From UHGV virus genome UHGV-0170246: a stretch of DNA of 45,982 nucleotides; one strand, written 5' to 3'. Source of the stretch: a virus. The position numbers were made by a program, and so were the translations under genes. How positions within the stretch are numbered: the stretch's first letter is position 1; each line of letters begins with the position of its first letter. The notes under the pieces were generated by a model that had not been told where the DNA came from, ran no database searches, and saw only the letters and a list, made by a program, of their open reading frames with translations. Below are positions 24,874 through 35,000 of this stretch, one piece after another.

Positions 24874-25593
24874 GTGGCTGACAGAATTGAGATAAAGATT
24901 GATTTTTCTTCTCAGGATATTCAACGACAACTCCAGCGCCTTGAAGAACGCGAATTGCCGTTCGCAATGGCGCTTGCGGCAACCAGAACGGCAAAGGCTT
25001 CTCAGGCTGCGATTAAGAATGAAATTAATCGGGTATTTGACAGGCCCACGCCGTGGATTCAGAACTCTACTTACGTTTTGGCCGCAAAGAAGAGTGATCC
25101 TACAGCCATTGTGTATGCTCGTGAATGGGGAGGAACGCCAGCCCCTGTAACGTTGACTCCGCAAATCGAAGGTGGCCAACGACAGTACAAACGCTCAGAA
25201 GGGGCGCTAAGGGCTGGTGGATATTTGCCTAACGGCTGGCAGCTTGCTCCTGGTCCCGGCGCAAAGCTGGACAAATACGGGAATATTTCGCGGGGGCAAT
25301 TACAGCAGGTCTTATCTGGCCTAAGAGTTCAGCGAGATGTGCATCAAAATCGCCGTCAGGGCAAGCCTACGGAGTTTTTTGTTGTTCGACCTGGTACAAG
25401 TAACCCGCTTCAACCAGGCGTCTGGCAGCGCGTTGGGCGGCGTCCTACGTTGATCCTTACGTTTATCCAGCAACCTAACTATTCGCAGCGTCTTGATTGG
25501 CATGGCGTGGCGCTGCGTGCTGGTGAGGATGCGTTTGCTGATGAAGTCACAAAGGCTATTGATGACATTCTTTCTAAGACCTTCTCTCGTTAA
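24874..25593 (+). CDS. Hypothetical protein (239 aa) between ParB-domain genes
   Basis: GTG start with AGGAGG RBS; family not recognised. Confidence 0.45.
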   Translation: MADRIEIKIDFSSQDIQRQLQRLEERELPFAMALAATRTAKASQAAIKNEINRVFDRPTPWIQNSTYVLAAKKSDPTAIVYAREWGGTPAPVTLTPQIEGGQRQYKRSEGALRAGGYLPNGWQLAPGPGAKLDKYGNISRGQLQQVLSGLRVQRDVHQNRRQGKPTEFFVVRPGTSNPLQPGVWQRVGRRPTLILTFIQQPNYSQRLDWHGVALRAGEDAFADEVTKAIDDILSKTFSR

Positions 25594-25599
25594 TCATCG

Positions 25600-26150
25600 T
25601 GTGGTTGATGGTGTTGTTATGCAGAGTGTATTCACTGTGTTCTGTAGTGTCGCTCGCTGGCTGTCTGTGGGGGAGCACGAGCATCGTTTCATCGTCCGGC
25701 AGAATTGGGTCCTTCTGGCCAAAAGCGTTGGATGCGGGTCATTCGAACCCCGATGTTCGGCTAGCTAAACGTGAAAAAAGTTAGGTTAAAAGTTTCGGTA
25801 AAAGAAATTTACTCATCTCATTGAAAAACATCGGGAAAACGTGATTTTTTGCTGTGCTTGTGATGGTGAAAAGAAAGTAGAGAATTTTCTTTTAGATCAT
25901 CAAGATACGCGCAGATCTTTAACCAATGTAAGGCTGTTTTGATAAAAATCGTTATAAATCATGCAAATACATCCAATCTTTTAACCAAAACACCATATCA
26001 AGATCCTTTTTACTTATAAAAACTTAATAAAATCAGATGATTATTCTGGTTTGTGTGATTTTTTATGAGTAAAAAGATCGTCATTTTTCTCTTTTAGTAT
26101 CAATAAGTTAAACAGTTTTCTTTAACCTGTTGTGTTATGGCGGTTAAAAA
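25600..26150. promoter_or_regulatory. ORF-free AT-rich intergenic region with three copies of (A)TCTTTAACC; candidate late promoter and/or packaging (cos/pac) region
   Basis: Repeats at about 25916-25930, 25973-25990 and 26113-26125; lies upstream of the ParB-like and terminase genes. Confidence 0.3.
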
Positions 26151-26741
26151 ATGGCTCTAAAAATCGAATATTTACCAGTCGGTAAGCTGCTCAGATACGC
26201 CAAAAATTCACGGACTCATTCAGATGAGCAAGTTGAACAGTTGGTGAACAGTATCCGTGAGTTCGGTTTCACTAATCCTGTGCTGATCGATGAAAAGAAT
26301 GAACTGATTGCGGGGCATGGGCGGCTTGCAGCAGCCGAAATTCTGGAAATGGATAAAGTTCCAGCGATTCGGTTGAGTAACCTTTCTGAAAAACAGAAGA
26401 AGGCTTACAGGATTGCAGATAACAAGCTGGCCTTAAATGCTGGCTGGGATATGCAGCTTCTGGCCGAAGAAGTCAAAGCGTTAATGGATGATGATTTTGA
26501 TATTGATCTGCTTGGGTTTAATGATGCAGAGCTTGACGAAATGTTAAGCGATGAACAGCCGCAGGAAGAAGACGATAATTCTTCCCCTGTTGTTCAAATT
26601 AAGTACCTGGCTATTGATAAAGAACGTATTCCCGCGACGGATATGGAAATTGCATTGTTGCTGGATGTTTATCGTCAGTACCACGACGCGCATGAAACGC
26701 ATGAGGGATTTGTTCAGTATCTTGCTAATGGTTGCAAGTAA
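26151..26741 (+). CDS. ParB-like nuclease domain protein (paralogue 2)
   Basis: 196 aa; AGHGR motif; paralogue of 22862-23533. Confidence 0.7.
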   Translation: MALKIEYLPVGKLLRYAKNSRTHSDEQVEQLVNSIREFGFTNPVLIDEKNELIAGHGRLAAAEILEMDKVPAIRLSNLSEKQKKAYRIADNKLALNAGWDMQLLAEEVKALMDDDFDIDLLGFNDAELDEMLSDEQPQEEDDNSSPVVQIKYLAIDKERIPATDMEIALLLDVYRQYHDAHETHEGFVQYLANGCK

Positions 26742-27292
26742 TGGCCATCGTCAGTAAGTCAGAGTTTGCCCGCCGAAAAGGTATTTCTCCGGCAATGGTT
26801 ACGAAGCTCTGTCGTTCCGGTCGCATTCCAGTGCTGAAAAGCGGCAAGCTGGATTTTGATAAAGCTAGTGCGGCTTATGAAGCGAGCCGACAGGTTGGTC
26901 GTGAGGTATCTGCTGAAAATGGAAAAAGAGGGCATGGGATATCTTCGGAACAACCAGAGTTACCCGCTGATGATGCCGGATTAGCTGGTGGTACTTCCGG
27001 TGTTGCGGTGCAATTCAACAAGGCTAAGACCGCAGAAAAAATTTATCAGGCAAAGCTGAAACGCCTTGAATTTGAAGAAAAGGAAGGCTCTCTCATCGCT
27101 AAAGATGCGGTCAGGGATGATGCATTTCTGGCAGCTAATGAATTGCGTAGCCGCTTATTTAGTATTGCTCCAAGAGCAGCTCCCCGTTGTGAAGGCAAAA
27201 CAGCCAGGGAGATCGAACGCATTATTGAAGACGAGATTAATTTTGCGCTTCAGGCGCTCCAGGAATCCCGATTTATTAAGCAGGAAGAATAA
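26741..27292 (+). CDS. Terminase small subunit (Nu1-like)
   Basis: ATG overlapping the upstream stop (TAATG); N-terminal HTH-like SKSEFARRKGISPAMVTK; immediately precedes the large subunit. Confidence 0.6.
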   Translation: MAIVSKSEFARRKGISPAMVTKLCRSGRIPVLKSGKLDFDKASAAYEASRQVGREVSAENGKRGHGISSEQPELPADDAGLAGGTSGVAVQFNKAKTAEKIYQAKLKRLEFEEKEGSLIAKDAVRDDAFLAANELRSRLFSIAPRAAPRCEGKTAREIERIIEDEINFALQALQESRFIKQEE

Positions 27293-27297
27293 ACCTC

Positions 27298-29154
27298 ATG
27301 GGCGAAACAGTATGGAGCACCGCTTTTTTCCGTGCGCTTCGCCCTAAATCACGGCTAACTGTTTCCGAATGGGCTGATAAGTATCGTCATGTAGCGCCGG
27401 GAACGTCTCCAGAGCCAGGGCCGTGGCGTACAAGCCGAGTGCCATATTTGCGTGAACCAATGGATGTTATTGGTGACGCTGATACAGAAACAGTAGTGAT
27501 GCAATGTAGCTCGCAAATTGGTAAATCCGAATTACAGCTAAATGTTATGGGTTACTTTGCAGATCAGGAGCCATCTCCTCAGTTGATGATTTATCCAACG
27601 GTAGAGGCGGCTGAGGCTTTTTCAAAAGAGCGTATTGATCCGACGTTCAAATATTCCCCTGGTTTGAAACACAAGCTGCATGAAGGGAAAGAGGGGCGCG
27701 GTGCAGCCAAAAAGTCCAGCACGACTATACGTATGAAGCATTACGCTGGTGGATATATAGCACTTGTTGGTGCTAATTCCCCAGCAGGTCTTGCATCCAG
27801 GCCAATTCGAATACTGTTAGCTGATGAGATTGATCGTTACGGTGTGACGCAGGAGGGCGACCCACTAAAACTAGGTATTCAGCGTACTACCAACTTTCAT
27901 AATCGTAAGAAAGTTTTTGTTTCTACTCCTGTTTTGGAGGAAACGAGCAAAATCCACAAGTGGTTTAAGCTCTCCGATCAGCGTTACTACCATGTTCCTT
28001 GCCCATGTTGTGGCACCATGCAGGTGATGAAATGGTCGCAAGTCAGATGGGATAAGAGCGATTCAGGTGAGGCGTTACCGGAAACGGCCAGATATGAGTG
28101 CTGTGAGTGCGGCGGGATTATGCGCGGATCTGGTAAACCAGACGTTGATTGGTTGGCGAAGGGGGTATGGATAGCTGAACATACTGGAATTAAAGGTATT
28201 GTTGGTTTTCATATTAACAGTCTTTACTCCCCGTGGGTTGCATTGTCAGAGCTGGTTGAAGAGTTTACGGAAGCAACCAGAAACCGCGATAAAAATGGAT
28301 TAATGGAGTTTATTAACCTTAAGCTGGGTGAGCCATGGAAAGAGGATGCTAAAGACGATATCGATCCTGAATACTTGTTGCAACGCAGAATAAGGTTTGA
28401 AGAGTTTTTACCAGATGATGTTTTATTGTTAAGTGCTGGTGTTGACGTACAGGACACGTATTTAGTTTGTGAATTGGTCGGTTGGGGAAAAGGTAAGGAG
28501 TCATGGGGGATAGAATATAAAATATTCCCAGGTGATCCCGCACAAGATGTTGTCTGGAAACAACTTGATGAATACTTACTCCGTAGCTGGTCATTCCGTG
28601 ACGGTAGAAAATTACAGATTTCTTCCGTTTGTATTGACTCTGGTGGGCATTTTACGACAGAGGTATATCGCTTTACTAAGCCGAGAGAATCAAGGCGAAT
28701 ATACTCTATCAGGGGGCGTGGTGGGGTAGGTTTACCATTTATAGGAAAGCCAAGTAATAATAACCGTGTGGGTGCTATGTTGTTTAATTTGGGGGTTGAT
28801 GATGGTAAAGGGACCATCATGGCAAGAATTAAACTACATGATCCTGGTCCTGGTTATATGCATTTCCCATTAGATTCTGACAGAGGATATGATACCGAAT
28901 ACTTTAAAGGATTATTATCAGAGAAAAAAATATTTGAATATAAAAATGGGCAGACAAAAGAAAAGTGGGTGAAAGTCTACGAGCGTAACGAGCCTCTTGA
29001 TTGCCGTAACTATGCAACTGCCGCGATGGAAATTCTGAACCCTAATTTTAACTGGCTTGCCGAACAGGAAATGCGAGGTAATGTGTATGTGCAGAACTCG
29101 TCAGGTATACGTAGAAGACGCCGTAGAGTTATAAGTAAAGGCGTAACCATATAG
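27298..29154 (+). CDS. Terminase large subunit (lambda GpA family)
   Basis: 618 aa; N-terminal GpA-like pattern with P-loop CSSQIGKSE. Confidence 0.85.
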   Translation: MGETVWSTAFFRALRPKSRLTVSEWADKYRHVAPGTSPEPGPWRTSRVPYLREPMDVIGDADTETVVMQCSSQIGKSELQLNVMGYFADQEPSPQLMIYPTVEAAEAFSKERIDPTFKYSPGLKHKLHEGKEGRGAAKKSSTTIRMKHYAGGYIALVGANSPAGLASRPIRILLADEIDRYGVTQEGDPLKLGIQRTTNFHNRKKVFVSTPVLEETSKIHKWFKLSDQRYYHVPCPCCGTMQVMKWSQVRWDKSDSGEALPETARYECCECGGIMRGSGKPDVDWLAKGVWIAEHTGIKGIVGFHINSLYSPWVALSELVEEFTEATRNRDKNGLMEFINLKLGEPWKEDAKDDIDPEYLLQRRIRFEEFLPDDVLLLSAGVDVQDTYLVCELVGWGKGKESWGIEYKIFPGDPAQDVVWKQLDEYLLRSWSFRDGRKLQISSVCIDSGGHFTTEVYRFTKPRESRRIYSIRGRGGVGLPFIGKPSNNNRVGAMLFNLGVDDGKGTIMARIKLHDPGPGYMHFPLDSDRGYDTEYFKGLLSEKKIFEYKNGQTKEKWVKVYERNEPLDCRNYATAAMEILNPNFNWLAEQEMRGNVYVQNSSGIRRRRRRVISKGVTI

Positions 29155-29165
29155 AGGAAATATAA

Positions 29166-29405
29166 ATGAACAATGAAGCATTTTCTCTGACTGAAGCCAG
29201 AGAGATGTTATCTGTCTGGCGGGAAGCATATCGCGCTATTGCTATTGGCGGTCAGTCATATAAATTTGGTACGCGGCAGTTAACTCGTGCGGATTTATCA
29301 GAAGTCAGAAAAGAGATGGATTACTGGCGTAATGAAGTAGAAAGATTATCAGCAGGTATACGCCGAGGCCCACGAATTAAACGAGTGGTGATAAGAGATT
29401 TATGA
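29166..29405 (+). CDS. Head-tail joining protein (lambda gpW-like)
   Basis: 79 aa between terminase and portal, as in lambda. Confidence 0.5.
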   Translation: MNNEAFSLTEAREMLSVWREAYRAIAIGGQSYKFGTRQLTRADLSEVRKEMDYWRNEVERLSAGIRRGPRIKRVVIRDL

Positions 29406-30976
29406 ATATTCTTGATCGAGTTATTGCGCCGTTTTCACCTCAGAGGGCATTAAATCGAGCTTTGGCAAGAAAACGGTTAGAAGCACTTGAAGGTATTAAT
29501 AACCTTGGATATTCACGTCATGGTGCAAGCACTCATAAAAAATCATTAAGGGGTTGGTTTAGTAAAGCTGGTTCTCCTGATGATGATATTGTTAAAAATA
29601 TAGATAAATTGCGTGAGCGTTCTCGTGATCTCTTCATGGGAAACCCGCTATCGGTTGGCGCAATAAAAACTATCAGGACAAACGTTGTTGGTTCCGGTTT
29701 AAAACTAAATGCGAACATTGATGCCGATTTCTTGGGGATGACGCAGGAAGAAGCGCGAGCATGGGAAAAGCATGTTGAGCGTGAGTTTAGATTATGGGCT
29801 GATTCTCCAAATTGTGATGCATCAAGAATGTGTACTTTTGGACAATTGCAATCATTGGTCCAAATATCTGCGTTAACATCTGGCGATATATTTGCTGCGC
29901 TACCAGTTATTAAGCGTAAGGGTGTTATATATGATTTGTGCGTCTATTTAATTGAAGGTGATCGTGTTTGCAATCCAGAGGATCGTTTTATACCAAATCT
30001 TTACGGTGGCGTAGAGGTTGGTGAATTTAGCGAGCCTGTGGCGTACTGGGTTGCAAAACATCACCCAGCCGGGACTTCTGGTTTTGTAACCCGCAAGTGG
30101 GAACGTATTCCCGCATATGGGAGTAAAACAGGAAGAAGAAATATTCTGCATGTCATGCAGGATTTTGAAAGGCCTGGGCAACGCCGTGGCGTTCCTGTCC
30201 TTGCTCCTGTAATTGAAGCATTGAAGCAGTTAGGACGATACACCGATGCTGAATTGGTTGCTGCGGTTGTGTCAGGGATGTTTACTGTCTTTATTAAAAC
30301 AGACGCTCCTGATGGACCAGTCGGTGAATCGGGTATCCCTCAGTACGAGCAGATCGATAACCATGATGATAACACCCAAGAAATGGGGAATGGCTCCATA
30401 GTAAGTTTGGGTGAAGGTGAGTCGATAGATACAGCAAATCCCGGGCGACCAAATACGGCATTTGATGGTTTTGTTGTCGCCATATGCCGTCAAATTGGGG
30501 CTGCTTTAGAACTCCCTTACGAACTCTTGGTAAAGCATTTTACAGCAAGTTATAGCGCTAGCAGGGCCGCATTACTTGAAGCCTGGAAAATGTTCCGTAT
30601 GCGACGTGACTGGATGGTTCAGTCATTTTGCCAACCGATCTATGAGGAATGGTTGGCCGAAGCCGTTGCAAAAGGCCGTGTTATTGCCCCTGGTTTTTTT
30701 TATGGTCCTGAATATCGCGCTGCATGGAGCGGCGCCCAATGGTATGGCCCATCACAAGGCCAATTAGATCCCCTTAAAGAAGTTAAAGCTGCAAAACTGC
30801 GTGTTGAGGAAACATTCTCTACCCGTGAAAAGGAAGCGGCTGAAATGTCAGGTCTTAACTGGGAAGAAACCGCACAAATCTGTGGCAGAGAAGAGAATGC
30901 TCGCCGTGAGTTGGGGCTTATTACACCTCCTGTTTCTGAGGTAAATGAACAAAATATGGAGACTGATGATGCCTAA
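29402..30976 (+). CDS. Portal protein (lambda gpB family)
   Basis: 524 aa; position and length; ATGA overlap with the upstream gene. Confidence 0.8.
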   Translation: MNILDRVIAPFSPQRALNRALARKRLEALEGINNLGYSRHGASTHKKSLRGWFSKAGSPDDDIVKNIDKLRERSRDLFMGNPLSVGAIKTIRTNVVGSGLKLNANIDADFLGMTQEEARAWEKHVEREFRLWADSPNCDASRMCTFGQLQSLVQISALTSGDIFAALPVIKRKGVIYDLCVYLIEGDRVCNPEDRFIPNLYGGVEVGEFSEPVAYWVAKHHPAGTSGFVTRKWERIPAYGSKTGRRNILHVMQDFERPGQRRGVPVLAPVIEALKQLGRYTDAELVAAVVSGMFTVFIKTDAPDGPVGESGIPQYEQIDNHDDNTQEMGNGSIVSLGEGESIDTANPGRPNTAFDGFVVAICRQIGAALELPYELLVKHFTASYSASRAALLEAWKMFRMRRDWMVQSFCQPIYEEWLAEAVAKGRVIAPGFFYGPEYRAAWSGAQWYGPSQGQLDPLKEVKAAKLRVEETFSTREKEAAEMSGLNWEETAQICGREENARRELGLITPPVSEVNEQNMETDDA

Positions 30977-32033
30977 TTGGTGGGAAATAAAAAATAGCAC
31001 GGGTGAAGATGACTCTCCGGCTGAACTTTTAATTTACGGGTATATTGGTGAATTTGATGAGGTTTCTTCTTCTGACATAGTTAATAAATTAAAGGATATT
31101 TCATCAAATACTATCAACGTAAAAATTAATAGTTATGGTGGGTCTGTTTTTACTGCTCAAGCTATTCTTTCATCATTAAAGCGTCATAAGGCGAATATTA
31201 CGATTTATATCGACGGGATTGCTGCATCGGCTGCAACTATTATTGCAATGGCGGGTGATAAAATTATTATCCCATCTAATGCTATGATGATGATCCATAA
31301 TCCGTGGACATTTGCTGCTGGCGATGCGGATGAATTGCGTGATATTGCTGAGATGATGGATAAGATACGCAATAGTATTTTATCTGTATATAAGGAGAAA
31401 ACAGGGCTTTCTGAGGATAAATTAATTGAACTAATGGATCAGGAAACATGGCTAAATGCAGAAGAGGCTGTAGAGCTTGGATTTGCTGACGAAGTTGAAA
31501 AACCAATGCGCTTATCCGCTTCTATAAAGGAAGGGATGCTTTCGCTTAATGGAATAACTTTTGAAGCATCAAGGTTTTCAAAATTACCTGATTCACTCGC
31601 AAAGTTGCCGCAAAATAAAAATGAGTTATCTACTGAATCAAATGAACAAAATGAGGACGATATTGTGACTCTTGATGAATTAAAAAATAAATATCCAGAA
31701 TTATACAATCAGGTTTTTAATGCTGGTAAAGACGAGGGCGTTAAATCAGAACGCGAGCGCATTGAAACAATCGAGAATAGCGTGATTCCTGGTCATGACG
31801 ACCTGGTTAAGAATGCAAAATTCAAAACAGGAGTTTCTGCGGCTGAACTTGCTTTGGAAATTATGAATGCAGAGCGAGCGCGTAACAAAAACTTTCTTAA
31901 TCAACGGCAAGAAGACGCAAGTGAGGTGAATGATTCAGTTGATGTTAATCAACCAGAAAACAACGGCAACAAACAGGCTGAAGCAGTAAAAAATGTTATT
32001 GGGTCAGTATTTAAAAACCGCGATAAAAATTAA
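30966..32033 (+). CDS. Prohead protease, ClpP/S49-like, with C-terminal scaffold-like acidic region
   Basis: ClpP-like core (IDGIAASAATIIAMAGDK, MMMIHNPW) then a Glu/Asn-rich helical tail; start 30966 or 30969. Confidence 0.8.
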   Translation: MMPNWWEIKNSTGEDDSPAELLIYGYIGEFDEVSSSDIVNKLKDISSNTINVKINSYGGSVFTAQAILSSLKRHKANITIYIDGIAASAATIIAMAGDKIIIPSNAMMMIHNPWTFAAGDADELRDIAEMMDKIRNSILSVYKEKTGLSEDKLIELMDQETWLNAEEAVELGFADEVEKPMRLSASIKEGMLSLNGITFEASRFSKLPDSLAKLPQNKNELSTESNEQNEDDIVTLDELKNKYPELYNQVFNAGKDEGVKSERERIETIENSVIPGHDDLVKNAKFKTGVSAAELALEIMNAERARNKNFLNQRQEDASEVNDSVDVNQPENNGNKQAEAVKNVIGSVFKNRDKN

Positions 32034-32042
32034 GGTGAGTTT

Positions 32043-32426
32043 ATGCGAGAGTCTTTTTCATTTGAACCAGATAATCTGATTATTTCTGGTGGTATGCCAG
32101 CAATTCCAACAAGTATTAAACTTGCCAGCGGTAAAGTAAAACGGGGTGAGTTACTTGCTTTTGTCAGTATTGATCAGACAACAAATGTTGTCACTGTGGC
32201 GCCAATAAATCTCTCTGGTGAAGGGGAGGCAAAAGAACCGTATTGTATCGCTCAACACAATATTGATGCGACTGATTCAGCGCAAGTCGGAACAGCATGG
32301 CTGACCGGAATGTTCAATGCACATGCGGTTATCCTTCCTGAATCAGCAAAAGTTGCCGATGTATATCTGGCTTGCCGGAAGGTTGGAATATTCCTTAATA
32401 CCGCACAACAAAATCCATCTGCATAA
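32043..32426 (+). CDS. Head decoration protein (lambda gpD-like)
   Basis: 127 aa between protease and major capsid gene. Confidence 0.5.
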   Translation: MRESFSFEPDNLIISGGMPAIPTSIKLASGKVKRGELLAFVSIDQTTNVVTVAPINLSGEGEAKEPYCIAQHNIDATDSAQVGTAWLTGMFNAHAVILPESAKVADVYLACRKVGIFLNTAQQNPSA

Positions 32427-32446
32427 TATAAAGAGGTCGTATTTTT

Positions 32447-33490
32447 ATGCCGAATATTGATATTTTTGAACGACGTACAATGCTTGAGCCTGTTATTCAG
32501 AATTTCAAGGCTCGTCGTTTTCTTCTTCGTACCTTTTTCCCTGGTGTTCAGACCTTTAATACAAAGAAAGTTGATCTGGATTTTGTTCGCGGTGGCCGTA
32601 CTATGGCTCCGTTTGTTGGTAAAGGTTTTGGCTCAAAAACCGTTGAGCGACGCGGCTTTGTAACGAGAACTCTGGAGCCACCACTTGTTGCACCTGATTT
32701 GGTAACAACAGCCGAGCTGCTTTTAAACAGGCTTCCGGGTGAGAATATTTACAACGCAAAATCGCCAGCAGAACGAGCCGCCGAGCAATTAGGTAAAGAT
32801 TTGCTTGAGCTTGATGAAATGGTTAACCGCCGTGAAGAATGGATGTGTGCACAGGTCTTGTTTACGGGACAGGTTGATATTGTTGGTGAAGGAGTAGATG
32901 ACACAGTTTATTTTTGGCCTGAAGAGGAAGGTGATAAACCATACCTTGAACTGACAGGTGATGATTTATGGAGTGCCGCAAAATCAGATCCGTTGGTCAA
33001 TATCCGCAACTGGAAGCGCCGGGTATCACTAACATCAGGTTTTACACCTCGTACTGCTGTAATGGGTGCAAAAGTTGTTGATGCATTCGTTAAAAATGAA
33101 GCAGTAACTAAATATCTTGATAATCGTCGAAAAGAGTTTGGGTATATTAAGCCAGAGGACTTAGAAGAAGGAGTTACTCATTATGGTAATATTGAGGGGC
33201 TCGATTTTTATGGTTACGACGAACTTATTCTTAGTGATAAAACAGGAAAACCAGAACCATTAGTGCCGGAGGATAAGATTCTCCTTGGCTCTCCGGGGCG
33301 GGGAACTATGTTGTATGGTGCTGTAGAGCTTGTAGATGAAGCTGAAAAGACTCTGACGATTGTTGAGTCACCACGAGTTCCAGATACTTGGGTATCTCGT
33401 AAGCCGGGAGGTCGTTATGTTGCCATGAAGTCGTCTCCACTGCCTAATCCTGGCGTGGCTGACGCCTATCTGGTGGCTAAGGTGGTTTAA
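32447..33490 (+). CDS. Major capsid protein (lambda gpE family)
   Basis: 347 aa; N-terminal pattern resembles lambda gpE (recalled); position after the decoration gene. Confidence 0.8.
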   Translation: MPNIDIFERRTMLEPVIQNFKARRFLLRTFFPGVQTFNTKKVDLDFVRGGRTMAPFVGKGFGSKTVERRGFVTRTLEPPLVAPDLVTTAELLLNRLPGENIYNAKSPAERAAEQLGKDLLELDEMVNRREEWMCAQVLFTGQVDIVGEGVDDTVYFWPEEEGDKPYLELTGDDLWSAAKSDPLVNIRNWKRRVSLTSGFTPRTAVMGAKVVDAFVKNEAVTKYLDNRRKEFGYIKPEDLEEGVTHYGNIEGLDFYGYDELILSDKTGKPEPLVPEDKILLGSPGRGTMLYGAVELVDEAEKTLTIVESPRVPDTWVSRKPGGRYVAMKSSPLPNPGVADAYLVAKVV

Positions 33491-33883
33491 ATGGCCAGAC
33501 TGGTTAAAAACATCGATACGATAAGCCACGGCTCGCTAAAAGCGGGCCGTTTGCTTAATGGGCTAATGGATAACTCCAGAATTGCCGAACTGATTGCGTC
33601 AGGACATGCTATTGCCACCGAAGAGGATGGTGATTTGGCATCGGCTGGGGGCTATGATGCTGCTAAGTTAGCTTTTGAGCACGGATACGCATCTGCTGTT
33701 AATGATGCTGTGGACGCGGGGTTGATTACGCGAACGGAGGCGGGTAGCTGTGTATTCGAGGTTGAGTTTGAGGATGATGGCGGCAATGAGGAAATGGTTG
33801 CTGATGATTCATCTGAATCTGTAGCTACTTCTGATACCAGTAATGCGAAAAAATCAACGCAAAAAAAAGGTAATAAGAAGTAA
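33491..33883 (+). CDS. Hypothetical acidic head-associated protein (lambda FI position)
   Basis: 130 aa; by size and position only. Confidence 0.3.
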   Translation: MARLVKNIDTISHGSLKAGRLLNGLMDNSRIAELIASGHAIATEEDGDLASAGGYDAAKLAFEHGYASAVNDAVDAGLITRTEAGSCVFEVEFEDDGGNEEMVADDSSESVATSDTSNAKKSTQKKGNKK

Positions 33884-34227
33884 TGAACTCCTTCAAAGAG
33901 GTTATAGCGCAAGATATTTCTGCAATATTCCTCAATGAAAAAGAGTTTGCCGATACATATAACATAGACGGCAAGGATATCCTTGCCGTTATTGATACAG
34001 ACCTTATTCATGAGCGTAATAAACGCTCATATGCTGAGTTTGCAGAGGGAATAAATCAGGGACAAATAATATTATTTGTTTCAAGAAAAGATTTTCCTGT
34101 TATCCCTGTCAAAGACCAGTCAATGAAAATCAACGGTAAAAATTATATTGTTGATGAAGTATCAGATAATGTTGGTGTATTGGAAATAACTCTCACTGTT
34201 AATACTAACAGAGGAATGCCGATTTGA
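33883..34227 (+). CDS. Putative head-tail connector (lambda FII-like)
   Basis: 114 aa; by size and position, weak pattern similarity. Confidence 0.35.
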   Translation: MNSFKEVIAQDISAIFLNEKEFADTYNIDGKDILAVIDTDLIHERNKRSYAEFAEGINQGQIILFVSRKDFPVIPVKDQSMKINGKNYIVDEVSDNVGVLEITLTVNTNRGMPI

Positions 34228-34709
34228 TTAATCTTTTGATAGATGCAATAAAAAATCGGTTGGAACATGAGGTTTTCCATGATTTATTAGTGCAGGGGCC
34301 TCCTTATGATGAAACAGACAGCGATATTAAATTGTTTGTTCCAACAATATTTAAAGGGTACTTGCCTCCTAAATCACAACCATCTCCAGATAAACCGCCA
34401 GAATTTCCTCATGTGATTATCAGACCCACGGAAGGAGGAATGCAGCCTGAAACGGATGAAGTTAAGGTTAAGTTTCTTCTAGGTGGTTTTTGTGAGGACC
34501 ATACTGGATATGAATGGGTAATGGCTCTTCTTGAAAGGATGATGTTTCATTTTCAGGAGAAGCCTTTACTTGAAGAGAAATTTCTCTTTCAGGGTGATAT
34601 CAGATGGCGAATGTTTGATGATCAACCATATCCATATTGGATAACGGAAGCAACTGGAACGTGGCTAGTATTAAAGCCTCAGAATATTCAGTCTCAGGAG
34701 TTTATCTAA
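34224..34709 (+). CDS. Hypothetical protein, likely neck/tail completion
   Basis: 161 aa between head and sheath genes. Confidence 0.3.
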   Translation: MINLLIDAIKNRLEHEVFHDLLVQGPPYDETDSDIKLFVPTIFKGYLPPKSQPSPDKPPEFPHVIIRPTEGGMQPETDEVKVKFLLGGFCEDHTGYEWVMALLERMMFHFQEKPLLEEKFLFQGDIRWRMFDDQPYPYWITEATGTWLVLKPQNIQSQEFI

Positions 34710-35000
34710 ATGGCTAATAAGAAAAGTAGTAAAGAAGATATAGAAAAGAAGGAAGATGTTGCTCAAACATTTGTATATATAGGACCAACAATCCCTCAAC
34801 TCTCAATTTTGAAGCATAAACTATTTAAGAATGGTTTATCTCCAGAGTGTGAAAAATTAATATCACATATTCCTGGTGCAAAGTGTTTGTTTGTGGCAAC
34901 CAGTGATTTTGCAGATGCAGAAAAAAGACTTTCTGATAAAACCAGTGTCGAGTATGTAATGTACTCTAGAGTTTCTTCTTCTATCATGGAGATTAAATAA
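34710..35000 (+). CDS. Hypothetical protein
   Basis: 96-aa ORF directly upstream of the sheath gene. Confidence 0.3.
   Translation: MANKKSSKEDIEKKEDVAQTFVYIGPTIPQLSILKHKLFKNGLSPECEKLISHIPGAKCLFVATSDFADAEKRLSDKTSVEYVMYSRVSSSIMEIK

Noticed and set aside
28224-28820. 198-aa minus-strand ORF inside the terminase large subunit gene
   Set aside because: Antisense to a confidently called conserved gene; the same applies to the other antisense ORFs nested in RepA, portal, protease, tape measure and tail fibre.
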